Shown piece by piece: positions 10,853-20,851 of a stretch of DNA of 64,000 nucleotides. A program made the position numbers and the translations under genes. Source of the DNA: an uncultured Nitrospiraceae bacterium. GTDB taxonomy: Bacteria > Nitrospirota > Nitrospiria > Nitrospirales > Nitrospiraceae. The notes under the pieces are model-generated. The model was not told the DNA's origin. It saw nothing but the letters and a program-made list of their open reading frames with translations, and made no database searches. The stretch lies in NCBI GenBank assembly GCA_963846575.1, contig CAWJWJ010000002.1, forward strand, positions 1,056,001 through 1,120,000. The letters run 5' to 3'. Numbering within the stretch: the first letter of the stretch is position 1; every line of letters begins with the position of its first letter.

Positions 10853-11734
10853 GGCGCCCTCGTGGTGCGGAGAGGTCCATGCTGAGGTTGGCGGCCGGCG
10901 CGGAGTGGGTGAGGGCGCCCACCGAAATGAAGTCCGCCCCCGCCTGGGCCATGTCTTTGACGGTTTGAAGAGTCATTCCACCGGAAACTTCGACCAGGGC
11001 TCGTTTCTGTATGAGCTCCACGGCCTTCCGCACGAGGATAGGGGACATGTTGTCCAGCAAAATGATGTCGGCTCCGCCGGCCAACGCTTTCTTCACTTCG
11101 GGCAGGGTCTTGGCTTCGACTTCAATGCGAAGGGCATGCGGGGCGGCGGCGCGAGCGAGTCGGCAGGCGGCTGCCACGTCGACACCCTTTGCGCCTAATA
11201 TGGCAAGATGATTATCCTTGATGAGCAGGCCATCGCCGAGAGAAAAGCGGTGGTTCTTGCCGCCACCCAGACGAACGGCCCATTTCTCCAGCGCCCGGAG
11301 GCCCGGCGTAGTCTTGCGGGTATCGAGGATCGTCGTCGGATGGCCGTGAACCGCGTCACAAAATTGTGCCGTGAGTGTAGCGATGCCGGACAGGCGTTGG
11401 AGGAAATTCACCGCGACGCGTTCGGCCATGAGCAGAGATCGCGCATCCCCCCGGACCACCATGACCGGAGTCTCCGCCGGGACGCTGTGGCCGTCATGGA
11501 GGCTCTTGGTGATGCGCAGCGAAGGGTCGATGGCCAGGAAGACCTCGCGCGCGACCGCAAGCCCTGCCACGATCATCCGATGATGGGCGAGAATCGAGGC
11601 TCGTGCAGGAATGGCGCGTGGAAACAGTGCGGCCGTTGTCACGTCGCCGTGAGTCAGGTCTTCGTCGAGCGCCTGCCGTACCGCGCATCGAAGGGTTTGG
11701 AGGTCAGGCGGTGCTGATGGTGTGTTTCGTTCAA
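10836..11734 (-). CDS. nadC: Nicotinate-nucleotide pyrophosphorylase (carboxylating); 5' end appears frameshifted (open frame from GTG 11642)
   Basis: ERVAVNFLQRLSGIAT, DTRKTTPG, HRFSL, IKDNH, LLDNM and EVSGG motifs; the conserved ALDED..GDVTT begins upstream of the first in-frame start. Confidence 0.93.
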
Positions 11735-14457
11735 GGGTACATTCGTTTCAGCGCTTGTTCAAGTAAGTGGATCATTCTGGTTTCGCGGCCGAGGCGAGCT
11801 TGATGGTCGATCAGCACATCAGGGGGAGCTTTCGAGACGAAGTCGGGATTGCCGAGTTTTTGTTGGGTGCGCGCCACTTCCTTCTGCAACAGCGCGATCT
11901 GCTTCAGCACGTTTTCCCTGGCCTTCTGAAGATCCGCGCCTTCCATTGTTGTGCCTACTTCGGTCGAGCCGCTCGTCAGCGTCAGCAGGTGAGGCGCGGT
12001 GATCTCCGCGGTGCTGCCGACCCACAGATCGTCCACGTTTTCCATATATTCAATCAGCGCTTTGTGTTTCCTGAACGCTGACTGAGCCTGGTCCGTCTGT
12101 CCATGGACCTTGAAGTGGAGACGTTTTCCGGCGGCATAGTTCAGGATCGCGCGCTCCTGGTTCATCAGGCCTCTGCATTCTTCCAGGAGGGCGAATTCTT
12201 CCTCCGCTTCAGCCGCGTCCCAGTCGGCCCGGACCGTCGGGTACGGTTGACGGACGATGCTGGAGCCCTCATGAGGCAGGGTTTGCCAGATCTCCTCCGA
12301 AATAAACGGCATGAACGGATGGAGCATCCGCATCATGGTTTCAAAGGTCTCGGCCAGGTTATGCCTGGTGGCCTTTGCGCTGCTGGACGTGGCTTCCTTG
12401 AGGTCGGGTTTGACCATCTCGATGTATTTGTCACAGTACTCATGCCAGATGAATTGGTAGAGCGCGCTCGATGCTCGATCAAAGCGATACTGTTCCAGGT
12501 CCTGATTGACCGTCCGGATGGTGGCATTCAATCGGCTAAGAATCCAGCGGTCGGGAAATGACCTCTGACCAGGCGGAACGTCGGCTCGTTCGCCATCGAG
12601 GTGCATAAGCAGGAAGCGGGCGGCATTCCAGATCTTATTAGTAAAGTTGCGATATCCTTCGATGCGTTCTTCAGCCAGCTTGACGTCCCGCCCCGGCGAC
12701 GCCATGGCCGCCATGGTAAACCGCAAGGCGTCAGTCCCGTACTGTTCCATCACATGCAGCGGATCGATGACGTTGCCCTTGGACTTGCTCATTTTCTGTC
12801 CTTCGGCATCGCGGACCAGGGCATGGATGTAGACGTCGCGGAACGGGACCTCCCCCATGAACTTTAAACCCATCATCATCATGCGGGCGACCCAGAAGAA
12901 AAGAATGTCGAGTCCGGTCACCAGGGTGGAGGTGGGATAGAACGTTTTCAACTCCGGCGTCTGCCGGGGCCATCCCAGGGTCGAAAAGGGCCAGAGGGCG
13001 GAGGAGAACCAGGTATCCAGCACATCGGGGTCTTGAACCAAGGCATCCGAGTGGCCTTTGGGACAGGCAGTGGGTTTGGTTTTCGCCACAATGGCGGACG
13101 CGTCGGATGGAATCAGGGGAGCCCCGTCTGACGTTCGCCGCAAGAAGGCGGTTCCGTGGCAGCTCTCGCAATACCAGGCCGGAATTTGATGGCCCCACCA
13201 GATCTGCCGTGAGATGCACCAGTCCTTGATGTCTCGCATCCAGCCGAGATAATTGTTTTTCCACGTCTCGGGAATGATCCGGACCCGACCGTCCTCCACG
13301 GCCTGCATGGCCGGTTCAGCCAGAGGTCTGATCTTCACAAACCATTGATCGGATAGAAGCGGCTCGACGATCGTTTTACACCGATAACACTTGCCGAGCG
13401 CTATCTTGTGAGGCTCCGATTTCTCGAGCAGGCCTCGATCTGTCAGGATCTGCTCGATTTTCGGCCTGGCCTTCGCGACGGGAAGTCCCTCGACTGCCTC
13501 GACCACGTCCGGCTCCGCCAGCGCGCCTGCCACCCGGATGTCGGCATGGATATCCATGATTTTGATGCGCTTGAGTTCATGCCGCTCCCCCGCCTCAAAG
13601 TCATTAAAGTCGTGAGCGGGCGTGATTTTGACCGCGCCGGTCCCGAATTCACGGTCCACGAGAATCGAATCACCCACGATGGGGATGGCCCTTGTCGTCA
13701 GGGGCAGCCGGACATGTTTGCCGATGAGGTGCCGATAACGCTCGTCGTTGGGGTGCACGGCCACAGCCGTGTCGCCGAGCATGGTCTCGGGTCGAGTGGT
13801 CGCGACCAACAAAAATTGCGAGGGGTCCTCAACGAGTGGATAGCGAATCGTATAGAGCTTTCCGGTGATCTCTTCGTGTTCGACTTCAATGTCGGATAAT
13901 GCGGTGAGGCAACGCGGGCACCAGTTGATCAATCGTTCGCCACGATAGAGTAACCCGTCCTCATGCAAGCGGACGAAGACCTCTCGAACGGCTTCCGATA
14001 GTCCCTCGTCCATGGTGAAACGCTCGCGCGTCCAATCACAGGAGGCCCCGAGCCGTTTGAGTTGGGAAATGATTGTCCCCCCGGACTTCTCCTTCCACCG
14101 CCAGACACGCTCGATGAACGCGTCGCGTCCGAGAATCTCCCGCGACGTGCCTTCAGCTTGAAGCTGCCGCTCCACCACGTTTTGGGTCGCGATACCCGCA
14201 TGGTCCATGCCCGGCATCCAGAGCGCATTGCGACCCTGCATCCGGCGCCACCGGATTAAAATGTCCTGAAGGGTGTTGTTCAATGCGTGGCCGACGTGTA
14301 GCGAACCGGTGACATTCGGCGGGGGGATCACGATCGAATAGGGTTGTCCAGGGTCGGAAGGGTTGGCATGAAACAGTCCGGCGTCGATCCACCGCTGGTA
14401 CCAGCGGTCTTCCACGTCATGCGGACTATACGTTTTGTCGAGTTGTGGCGTGGACAT
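11731..14457 (-). CDS. valS: Valine--tRNA ligase
   Basis: PPPNVTGSLHVGH (HIGH-type), KMSKS and DWCISRQ motifs; C-terminal coiled coil. Confidence 0.99.
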   Translation of the reverse strand: MSTPQLDKTYSPHDVEDRWYQRWIDAGLFHANPSDPGQPYSIVIPPPNVTGSLHVGHALNNTLQDILIRWRRMQGRNALWMPGMDHAGIATQNVVERQLQAEGTSREILGRDAFIERVWRWKEKSGGTIISQLKRLGASCDWTRERFTMDEGLSEAVREVFVRLHEDGLLYRGERLINWCPRCLTALSDIEVEHEEITGKLYTIRYPLVEDPSQFLLVATTRPETMLGDTAVAVHPNDERYRHLIGKHVRLPLTTRAIPIVGDSILVDREFGTGAVKITPAHDFNDFEAGERHELKRIKIMDIHADIRVAGALAEPDVVEAVEGLPVAKARPKIEQILTDRGLLEKSEPHKIALGKCYRCKTIVEPLLSDQWFVKIRPLAEPAMQAVEDGRVRIIPETWKNNYLGWMRDIKDWCISRQIWWGHQIPAWYCESCHGTAFLRRTSDGAPLIPSDASAIVAKTKPTACPKGHSDALVQDPDVLDTWFSSALWPFSTLGWPRQTPELKTFYPTSTLVTGLDILFFWVARMMMMGLKFMGEVPFRDVYIHALVRDAEGQKMSKSKGNVIDPLHVMEQYGTDALRFTMAAMASPGRDVKLAEERIEGYRNFTNKIWNAARFLLMHLDGERADVPPGQRSFPDRWILSRLNATIRTVNQDLEQYRFDRASSALYQFIWHEYCDKYIEMVKPDLKEATSSSAKATRHNLAETFETMMRMLHPFMPFISEEIWQTLPHEGSSIVRQPYPTVRADWDAAEAEEEFALLEECRGLMNQERAILNYAAGKRLHFKVHGQTDQAQSAFRKHKALIEYMENVDDLWVGSTAEITAPHLLTLTSGSTEVGTTMEGADLQKARENVLKQIALLQKEVARTQQKLGNPDFVSKAPPDVLIDHQARLGRETRMIHLLEQALKRMYP

Positions 14458-14799
14458 AGTTACCCGGATACTAAGCACATTCCCGAGCGGCCGTCTCTCG
14501 TCGCTGTAATGCTACCGGTAGAGAGCGGAGGCCGCATTGCCTCGCGCTTGCGGTGGCCGTGCCGTCCGTCTAAGCATCGTGTGGGGGTATTCGTCCGCGG
14601 TCCCAACTGTTTCGATGCGTCCAAGGCGCGACGCGCGCGCATCTTACCATGTGCCGTGCGGGCTCACAAGATAACGGCTGCCCGTCTGCTCCGGTTCTAA
14701 AGGTTGTAGCGGACTGAAGCCCTGTGATATACATCCGGCGGTTCAGATAGGTTGACCAAATCGCCAGCCTGACAGCCCATTACCGTCGAAGGAGACACT

Positions 14800-14919
14800 A
14801 TGCCGAGGGGACGAGAGAAGGATCGGAAGACCCGTAAGAAGCATCGGAAGAACGTGGCGCGTGTGAAGGCGCTGGCCAAGTCGCGCCGAGCGGCGGCGAA
14901 AAAAGTGAAGCGAGGGTAG
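14800..14919 (+). CDS. 39-aa highly basic small protein (not in ORF track)
   Basis: AAGGAGA RBS directly upstream of ATG 14800; translates MPRGREKDRKTRKKHRKNVARVKALAKSRRAAAKKVKRG*. Confidence 0.7.
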   Translation: MPRGREKDRKTRKKHRKNVARVKALAKSRRAAAKKVKRG

Positions 14920-14931
14920 GCGAACGGGACG

Positions 14932-16107
14932 TTAGGCGGCAGAGCTCAACCGTTTGATCTCCGCCCGTATCTGAGTGTCTGCCATCTCCGGAACGATCCG
15001 CCGGACTGCCTGTTGGATCGGATCCTGTGCCATTTCGTGGACAATTTCCTCGGCTGCCTGCCGCGCACAGGTCGCGGCGACCTGGCCGACTTCTTCTTTC
15101 ACCAGCTGCTGGACCATTTGGAGATGTGCTTGCAGGGCCTCCGGCAGGTGCTTCTTCACCCCGGTCTCCGCGAGGTCACCCAGTCGCTCCACTGCGGACC
15201 GTTCCAGGATCGCCGGCGCCATATCTGAGACGGTCTGACGGATCGTCGTTTCAACGCCCGCGCGGTAGGCGGGGGCCTGTCGTCCAAGTTCGTCTAGAAT
15301 GAGGTCACGCATGGCCGTGCGGATACGTTCCGGGGCGAGTGCTTCCGCTAGTTGCCTCGACACTTCCCTTTGTACCGCCGCCCGGACTGCCATGCCTACC
15401 TGCTCTGTCACTGCTCTGGTAACGGCTTCTGGCAATCGCTCGCTGAGATCCCGGTCGGTTTGCAGGGCGACTGACTGCACAAGGTGCTCAAACAGTCCCT
15501 TCATCATGGCCTCTCCGCTGACCGGGGCCTGCGCCGGGTTGGTAGGAGTAGGGGGCGTTGTGTCAGCGGGTAATGATGCCATGGATGTCGCTTCCTTCTC
15601 CGTTTCGTCGCGGATGGCGCTCGCGGCGGCAACAGTCCGCGGCGGATCGTCATCCCCGTCGTCAATGACGGTGGAGACGGGTGGCCAGGTGCGGGCCTTC
15701 GCCGATTTTCTACCGTCTGGTGTTCCTGGAGCGCCGTTCAGGATGCCGTTAATCGTGTCGAGGAGCTGCTCGCTGCGGAAAGGTTTCTTGAGAACGGCTT
15801 GCACACCAAGGGCGCGTAGCGTGCCCTCGTCCAGCCGATCGGATGCGTTTACAATGGAAATGAGTAGCGTTTCGGCCAAATTGTCCTGCCGGCCGACCTC
15901 CTTGCAGAATCCCGAGAAGGTCATGTTTGCCAGATGAAAGTCGGCGATAATGAGCGCAGGGCTTTCATTGCGGGCAGCATCCAAGGCCGAAGGGCCATCC
16001 GGAAATCCGATCACCCTGAAGCCTTTGGGCGTGGAGAACTGTTCCACCATGCGACGCACGGCGGGACTGCTGTCGACTACGAAGATGGTGGATCCCGTCA
16101 CAGTCAC
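14932..16107 (-). CDS. Response regulator: receiver, Pro/Ala-rich linker and helical C-terminus (RomR-like architecture)
   Basis: Receiver motifs VVDSS, IADF and KKPF; C-terminal IVPEMADTQIRAEIKRL resembles the RomR-type tail. Confidence 0.75.
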   Translation of the reverse strand: MTVTGSTIFVVDSSPAVRRMVEQFSTPKGFRVIGFPDGPSALDAARNESPALIIADFHLANMTFSGFCKEVGRQDNLAETLLISIVNASDRLDEGTLRALGVQAVLKKPFRSEQLLDTINGILNGAPGTPDGRKSAKARTWPPVSTVIDDGDDDPPRTVAAASAIRDETEKEATSMASLPADTTPPTPTNPAQAPVSGEAMMKGLFEHLVQSVALQTDRDLSERLPEAVTRAVTEQVGMAVRAAVQREVSRQLAEALAPERIRTAMRDLILDELGRQAPAYRAGVETTIRQTVSDMAPAILERSAVERLGDLAETGVKKHLPEALQAHLQMVQQLVKEEVGQVAATCARQAAEEIVHEMAQDPIQQAVRRIVPEMADTQIRAEIKRLSSAA

Positions 16108-16297
16108 CTTCCTATGTCACTCAGCCGACGCTAACAAAGGCTTCTCGAACTGTCAAAGAAAAGGCCGATTCTGACGCCGATCCGCCGCTGCGGACGGATA
16201 GAAAGCTGGCGGACGTTTTTCCCATCCTGATAGAATCCGGCATCGTGCAGATGCGCAGTCCATCGGCGAACGGGAAGCTTGAGGAGTTCAGAACACG

Positions 16298-17023
16298 ATG
16301 ACGGAGAGTCGAATCCAAGTTGTATTTTTTGATGCGGCCGACACCCTGTTTCACATTCACGGGTCTGTCGCGGACATCTACCTGCAGTATGCCGAGAAGC
16401 ACGGGTTCAAAAAGACCGGGGAGTCCCGGGGATCAATCAAGGCGGCGTTCGGGCGCGCCTTCCGTGAAGCTCCACCGTCCGTCTTTGCCGCCACGGAGCC
16501 GCCGGCCATCAAACAATCGGAACGGTTGTGGTGGTTCGACATCGTCCACAATGTGTTCTATCGCGTGGGCATGTTCGAAGGGTTTGACGATTTTTTTGAA
16601 GAGGTCTTCGGCGTTTTCGAGCGGCCGGACTCATGGCGGCTGTTTCCGGAGACGCGAGAGGTGCTCACCGCGTTAAAAGACCGGGGGTACGAGTTGGGGA
16701 TTATTTCGAATTTTGACTCGCGGCTGTTTTCGGTGTTGCGGGGACTGGGGATTGCCGAGTTGTTCGATACGATCACGATCTCGAGTATGGCTCACGCCGC
16801 CAAACCGTCTGCCCGCATTTTTCAGCAGGCGTTGGATAAACACGCGGTCGACCCTTCGGATGCACTCCATGTCGGAGACAGCGAGCGTGACGATGTGAAG
16901 GGGGCGCAGGCGGTCGGTCTGACCGGGGTGCTGATAGCGCGGGGCGAACCGTCAGGTCCTTCAACGGGGACGACGATTTCAAGCCTGGACAAACTGCTCC
17001 CGCTTCTCTCACGACTCCAGTAG
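16298..17023 (+). CDS. HAD-superfamily hydrolase (subfamily IA)
   Basis: FFDAADTL, ISNFD, KP and HVGDS..DDV motifs. Confidence 0.92.
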   Translation: MTESRIQVVFFDAADTLFHIHGSVADIYLQYAEKHGFKKTGESRGSIKAAFGRAFREAPPSVFAATEPPAIKQSERLWWFDIVHNVFYRVGMFEGFDDFFEEVFGVFERPDSWRLFPETREVLTALKDRGYELGIISNFDSRLFSVLRGLGIAELFDTITISSMAHAAKPSARIFQQALDKHAVDPSDALHVGDSERDDVKGAQAVGLTGVLIARGEPSGPSTGTTISSLDKLLPLLSRLQ

Positions 17024-17740
17024 TAATGGCACGATGTCTTTGGCGCGGCCTTGAAGCGCCGCATCGACAAGGCCCGTATGGGGCGTGGGATCAAGATTGA
17101 TCTCCACGACGAAGGCCCCGGCCTGTTTCGCAATGGAAGCAAACCCCGCCGCCGGATAGACCAGGCCTGACGTGCCGATTACGAGGCAGAGGTCGCTGGA
17201 CTGCAAGGCGTCGTTGCTCCGGCGAAGATCTTCAGCCGCCAGTGATTCTCCAAACCAGACAATGTGCGGTCGAAGAAGCGCGCCGCAGCCGGCACAGAGG
17301 GGGAGAATGGTGATGGGTACCTGTCGATTCTCGGCTACGCTTCCGCACTGAGTGCATCGTACCATCCAAATGTTACCGTGAATTTCTGAGAGATTCTGTG
17401 ACCCGGCGTCGCGGTGAAGTCCATCCACGTTCTGGGTGATCAGCCAGAACCGACCGACGCGCCGCTCCATGTGTGCCACCGCGTCGTGCGCGGGGTTGGG
17501 TCGTTTTGTGGCAATCAGTTCACGCCGCCAGTTGTACCACTCCCAGACCAGACGTGGGTCCCGCTCAAACGCTTCTGGTGTCGCCAAGTCCTCCGCGCGA
17601 AATGTTCGCCAGAGACCCTCGGAACCGCGAAAGGTCGGCACGCCGCTGTCGGCTGAAATGCCGGCACCGGTGAGCACGGTCACGGAGCGTGCCGCCGAAA
17701 GCTTTTTTTGAATCAGGCCGAGAGTTGATCCGTCTGGCAT
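17009..17740 (-). CDS. cobB: NAD-dependent protein deacylase (sirtuin)
   Basis: GAGISADSGVPTFRG, TQNVDGLH, HG, two CxxC and GTSG motifs. Confidence 0.95.
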   Translation of the reverse strand: MPDGSTLGLIQKKLSAARSVTVLTGAGISADSGVPTFRGSEGLWRTFRAEDLATPEAFERDPRLVWEWYNWRRELIATKRPNPAHDAVAHMERRVGRFWLITQNVDGLHRDAGSQNLSEIHGNIWMVRCTQCGSVAENRQVPITILPLCAGCGALLRPHIVWFGESLAAEDLRRSNDALQSSDLCLVIGTSGLVYPAAGFASIAKQAGAFVVEINLDPTPHTGLVDAALQGRAKDIVPLLLES

Positions 17741-18260
17741 GTTCGTGGGGTAACGGCAAGGCAGAATAAAATTGAGACTACATCAAGCGCCCATATACGG
17801 GCGCTTGCCGTGATCACGCATTCTGGGTTGAGCCCGACCGCAGTATGGGCGAAGGGGAGTCGAACAGTCCAGTCCTTCCTCGGGCCTGGTCTGCCGAAGC
17901 ATGGATGCCACCCGTTCTCCTCTGGCTCGGCGCGAACGTAGGCGCCGGCAGCTCGTTCACGGGTGAATTTCATGAGTCGTGCACTGACGTTTCCCCCTCT
18001 CTCTGGGTTCCGCTCGCACCCGCCTCCACCCGAAACGGTCGATCAATCTTCGGCGCATCCTTTGTGCACAGTGCGTAGGATCGGAATCGGATTGTTCTCC
18101 GCCGGCGACGGGCCTGCCGACGCGTTGTAAGAGTTTTCTGTCATCGAGACCTCTTGGTAATTCTCCGAGTAGACAACGGCTCGTGTCCTGGTACACAGTT
18201 GCGTGTTTTATCGTACATTGCGGTTGCTCATCCTGGACTATTGAAAGGCCATGGCCGTGA

Positions 18261-19357
18261 ATGCCGAGAGCGGGCGATAGGGTGTTGCTGAAGCGAGAAT
18301 CCGAGTTGCCTGGAAGTCTTGATGTCCTTCCTGCTGCGGTGGTCTCGGCCGTCCGGCCACTAACAGACGGTTGTTCTGGACGGCGGAGATGCCGAACGTT
18401 CTGCGTCAGGTAGGGCGTACGGCCGAGGCGGATTGCGTGTGTGTGTTTGAGAACATGTCCTTCGGCCCGGCAGGCTGAGCACGAGCCTGTGCGCGCAATG
18501 GGTCGTTCAAGGAATGCCGTCGCGGTTGATGAACCCGGAACGCCAGGCTGTAGCCTATGAGGAGCGGGAGCCTCAACGGGGGCTGGATCTGTCTGCAAGC
18601 GCTCTCCCCGTATAGGGCCCGGTCAAGGATTTCTCCTGGCTCGAGCAGTGTCTTCTGATGTCGCTTGGCCTTGGATCTGCTGCGGTGTTTCCCATTTTTG
18701 ACGAACGGTCATGGTGGGGTCTTCTCGTTTGTGGAGTGGTTCGGGCGGGGGAGGGTGTGGCTGAACTCGGATCTGGCTGCGCTGCCCGTGGCAGCCGGCA
18801 CGGTGGGGTCCGCCGGCCTCGTGAAGCGGATGTACGGCTTGTATCGAAATGAATCGCAGCCAGCCGAGGTCCTTTCGCTCGAGACGGTCACTGAAGATTG
18901 TGCCTGTGTGCTCAAGTCAAAGCTGGCGCAGCGAAAAGTCATCCTCCAGACCAGGATTGCTCCGACTATTCCGCCGTTGCGACTGGTCCAGCGAGACCTG
19001 CTTCAAGTATGACTGAACCTGGTTCAAACGCGGTGGAAGCCTCGTTGGAGGGAACGATCATCGTGATTGATATCAGCCATGATGAAGACCATGTCCGCAT
19101 CGGTGTGTCCGACCAGGGATCCGGTATCGCGCCTGCCGAACTGCCTCGTATTTGTGAATCATTTTTTTCCGGAACGCGGAAAGCGCACACAAGGAGGGCT
19201 AGGCCTCGGGCTCTCCGTCTCCCACAACCTCCTGCAGGTCATGGGTGGAAAGATCGAGGTGGTCAGTGTCCCTCATAAGGGGTCGACCGTTACCGTGGTG
19301 CGCTCCCCGGCACCGATGACGCAGATGGGAACTCAGACGGAAGGACAGATTCGATGA
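18261..19357 (+). pseudogene. Decayed GAF-sensor histidine kinase
   Basis: Fragments in alternating frames: GAF pieces (VLRQVGRTAEADCVCVFEN; QWVVQG..MNPERQAVAY; AAVFPIFDERSWWG; RVW..SDLAAL..AAGTVGSA), then LLQV*LNLVQ / NAVEA (N box), VSDQGSGI (G1), FF (F box), GLGLGLS (G2). Confidence 0.75.
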
Positions 19358-20118
19358 TCCACGAGCCAGCGCGTATTTTGATTGCCGACGACGACGAGAC
19401 GTTTCGATTGTCCACCGCTGTTCTCCTGCGGCAGATGGGTTATATCTGTGATGATGCCCAAGATTCGGACGAAGCCGCGAAACACTTGGAGCAGTCCTAT
19501 GATTTGTTGATTGCGGACATCCGTATGCCGGGTAATACTGAGTTAGAATTTCTTCGGTCCGTGCATGACCGCCTACCGGAACTTCCGGTGATCGTTTTAT
19601 CGGGCTATCCTTCCTTGGCGACGGCAATCGCTGCCTTGCGGTTGTCCGTCAGCGACTATCTCTTCAAGCCGGTCGAGTTCGCTGAACTGAAACAAGCCGT
19701 CGCCCGCGCGTTACTGAAGGGACGACTCTTGCGAGCGGTCCGCGATGCCTCTGTTGGAACCGCTCAATTGACTGCTGCGCTGGGTCACCTTAAGCAGGCT
19801 GTCACCGTCAGAGGTGGCGCCGAGCGACCTCCGTTGGTCGAGTGGACCGCCAAACGATATGTGGAGCAGGCCGTCTCACACATCGCACAATTATCGCTGG
19901 TCGTCGGTCAGGTAGTGGGGGGTCTCGAAGAGACCGAGAACCAAACAGCGGACGTCTGCCGAGTCATGCGGTGCGAGCGGTTGGCGGTCTATGAGGAGGC
20001 GCTGGAGGAGACGGTGGAGGTGCTGGCCCGCACCAAGAACGCATTCAAGTCGAGGGAATTGGGCGACTTGCGAAAGCGTCTGGAAACGGTCTTGAAATCG
20101 TCCCGGCGATTTACCTAG
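19354..20118 (+). CDS. Response regulator (receiver plus uncharacterised helical output)
   Basis: ILIADDD, IADIRMPG, LSGY and LFKP motifs. Confidence 0.9.
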   Translation: MIHEPARILIADDDETFRLSTAVLLRQMGYICDDAQDSDEAAKHLEQSYDLLIADIRMPGNTELEFLRSVHDRLPELPVIVLSGYPSLATAIAALRLSVSDYLFKPVEFAELKQAVARALLKGRLLRAVRDASVGTAQLTAALGHLKQAVTVRGGAERPPLVEWTAKRYVEQAVSHIAQLSLVVGQVVGGLEETENQTADVCRVMRCERLAVYEEALEETVEVLARTKNAFKSRELGDLRKRLETVLKSSRRFT

Positions 20119-20302
20119 CCGATGTCGGATTCGGCCCAGGAGTGGCCTTCAGAGCCTGCCCCTGCATGTAAGCCCCCTGACAACTGGTTGTCTGCTGCAG
20201 GACCTGCCGCGGAGGCCGCCATCCGTGCAGGATGGCGGCGAACTCCTTCCATCGTAACTGGAACAGGTCTTGGCACGACCCTATGGGCCTGACTGATCGG
20301 TT

Positions 20303-20821
20303 CTAGGCTGCCTCCCGGGCAAGGAGCAGGCGGTTCAAATCAAGGAGGATGAGAAGGCGATCCTCGATTCGTCCCACGCCCTGCATGAATTCTGCACCCG
20401 CCAATGTGCCGACCGATGGGGGAGATTCAATGGCGCTTTTGGGAATGCGCAACACTTCCTCGACCGAGTCTACGACCAATCCAACCAGCTTGGCTTCAAC
20501 GGATACCACGACGATGCGGCTCTCTGTGGTTTGGGTGACACCGGTGAGGCCGAACAGCTTCCGAAGATCCAGTACCGGAATGATCCGGCCTCGCAGATTG
20601 ATCACGCCCTCCACATAATGTCGCGTCTTGGGGACGCGGGTGACCTCCGCAATCCGGTTGATCTCCTGTACCCGCAAGACATCCACCGCGAACTCTTCAC
20701 TGCCGATCCGGCAAATGACCAATTGGCAGAGATCGTCACCCGCGCGCTCGGCCAGACGGTCCGCAGAATGTTCTGCGTCCGCCTGGCCCTGGGCTTGCAC
20801 CTGTTGCTCCATGGCACTCAT
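20303..20821 (-). CDS. cheW: Chemotaxis adaptor CheW
   Basis: VQEI, TRVPK, GVINLRGRIIPVLDL and GLVVDSV motifs; GGAGGAG RBS. Confidence 0.96.
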   Translation of the reverse strand: MSAMEQQVQAQGQADAEHSADRLAERAGDDLCQLVICRIGSEEFAVDVLRVQEINRIAEVTRVPKTRHYVEGVINLRGRIIPVLDLRKLFGLTGVTQTTESRIVVVSVEAKLVGLVVDSVEEVLRIPKSAIESPPSVGTLAGAEFMQGVGRIEDRLLILLDLNRLLLAREAA

Positions 20822-20851
20822 GCTGAATGGCTCCTCCTTCCGGTTGGTCCC

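Noticed and set aside
17957..18598. 213-aa minus-strand ORF
   Set aside because: No recognisable motifs; it overlaps the plus-strand GAF pseudogene fragments
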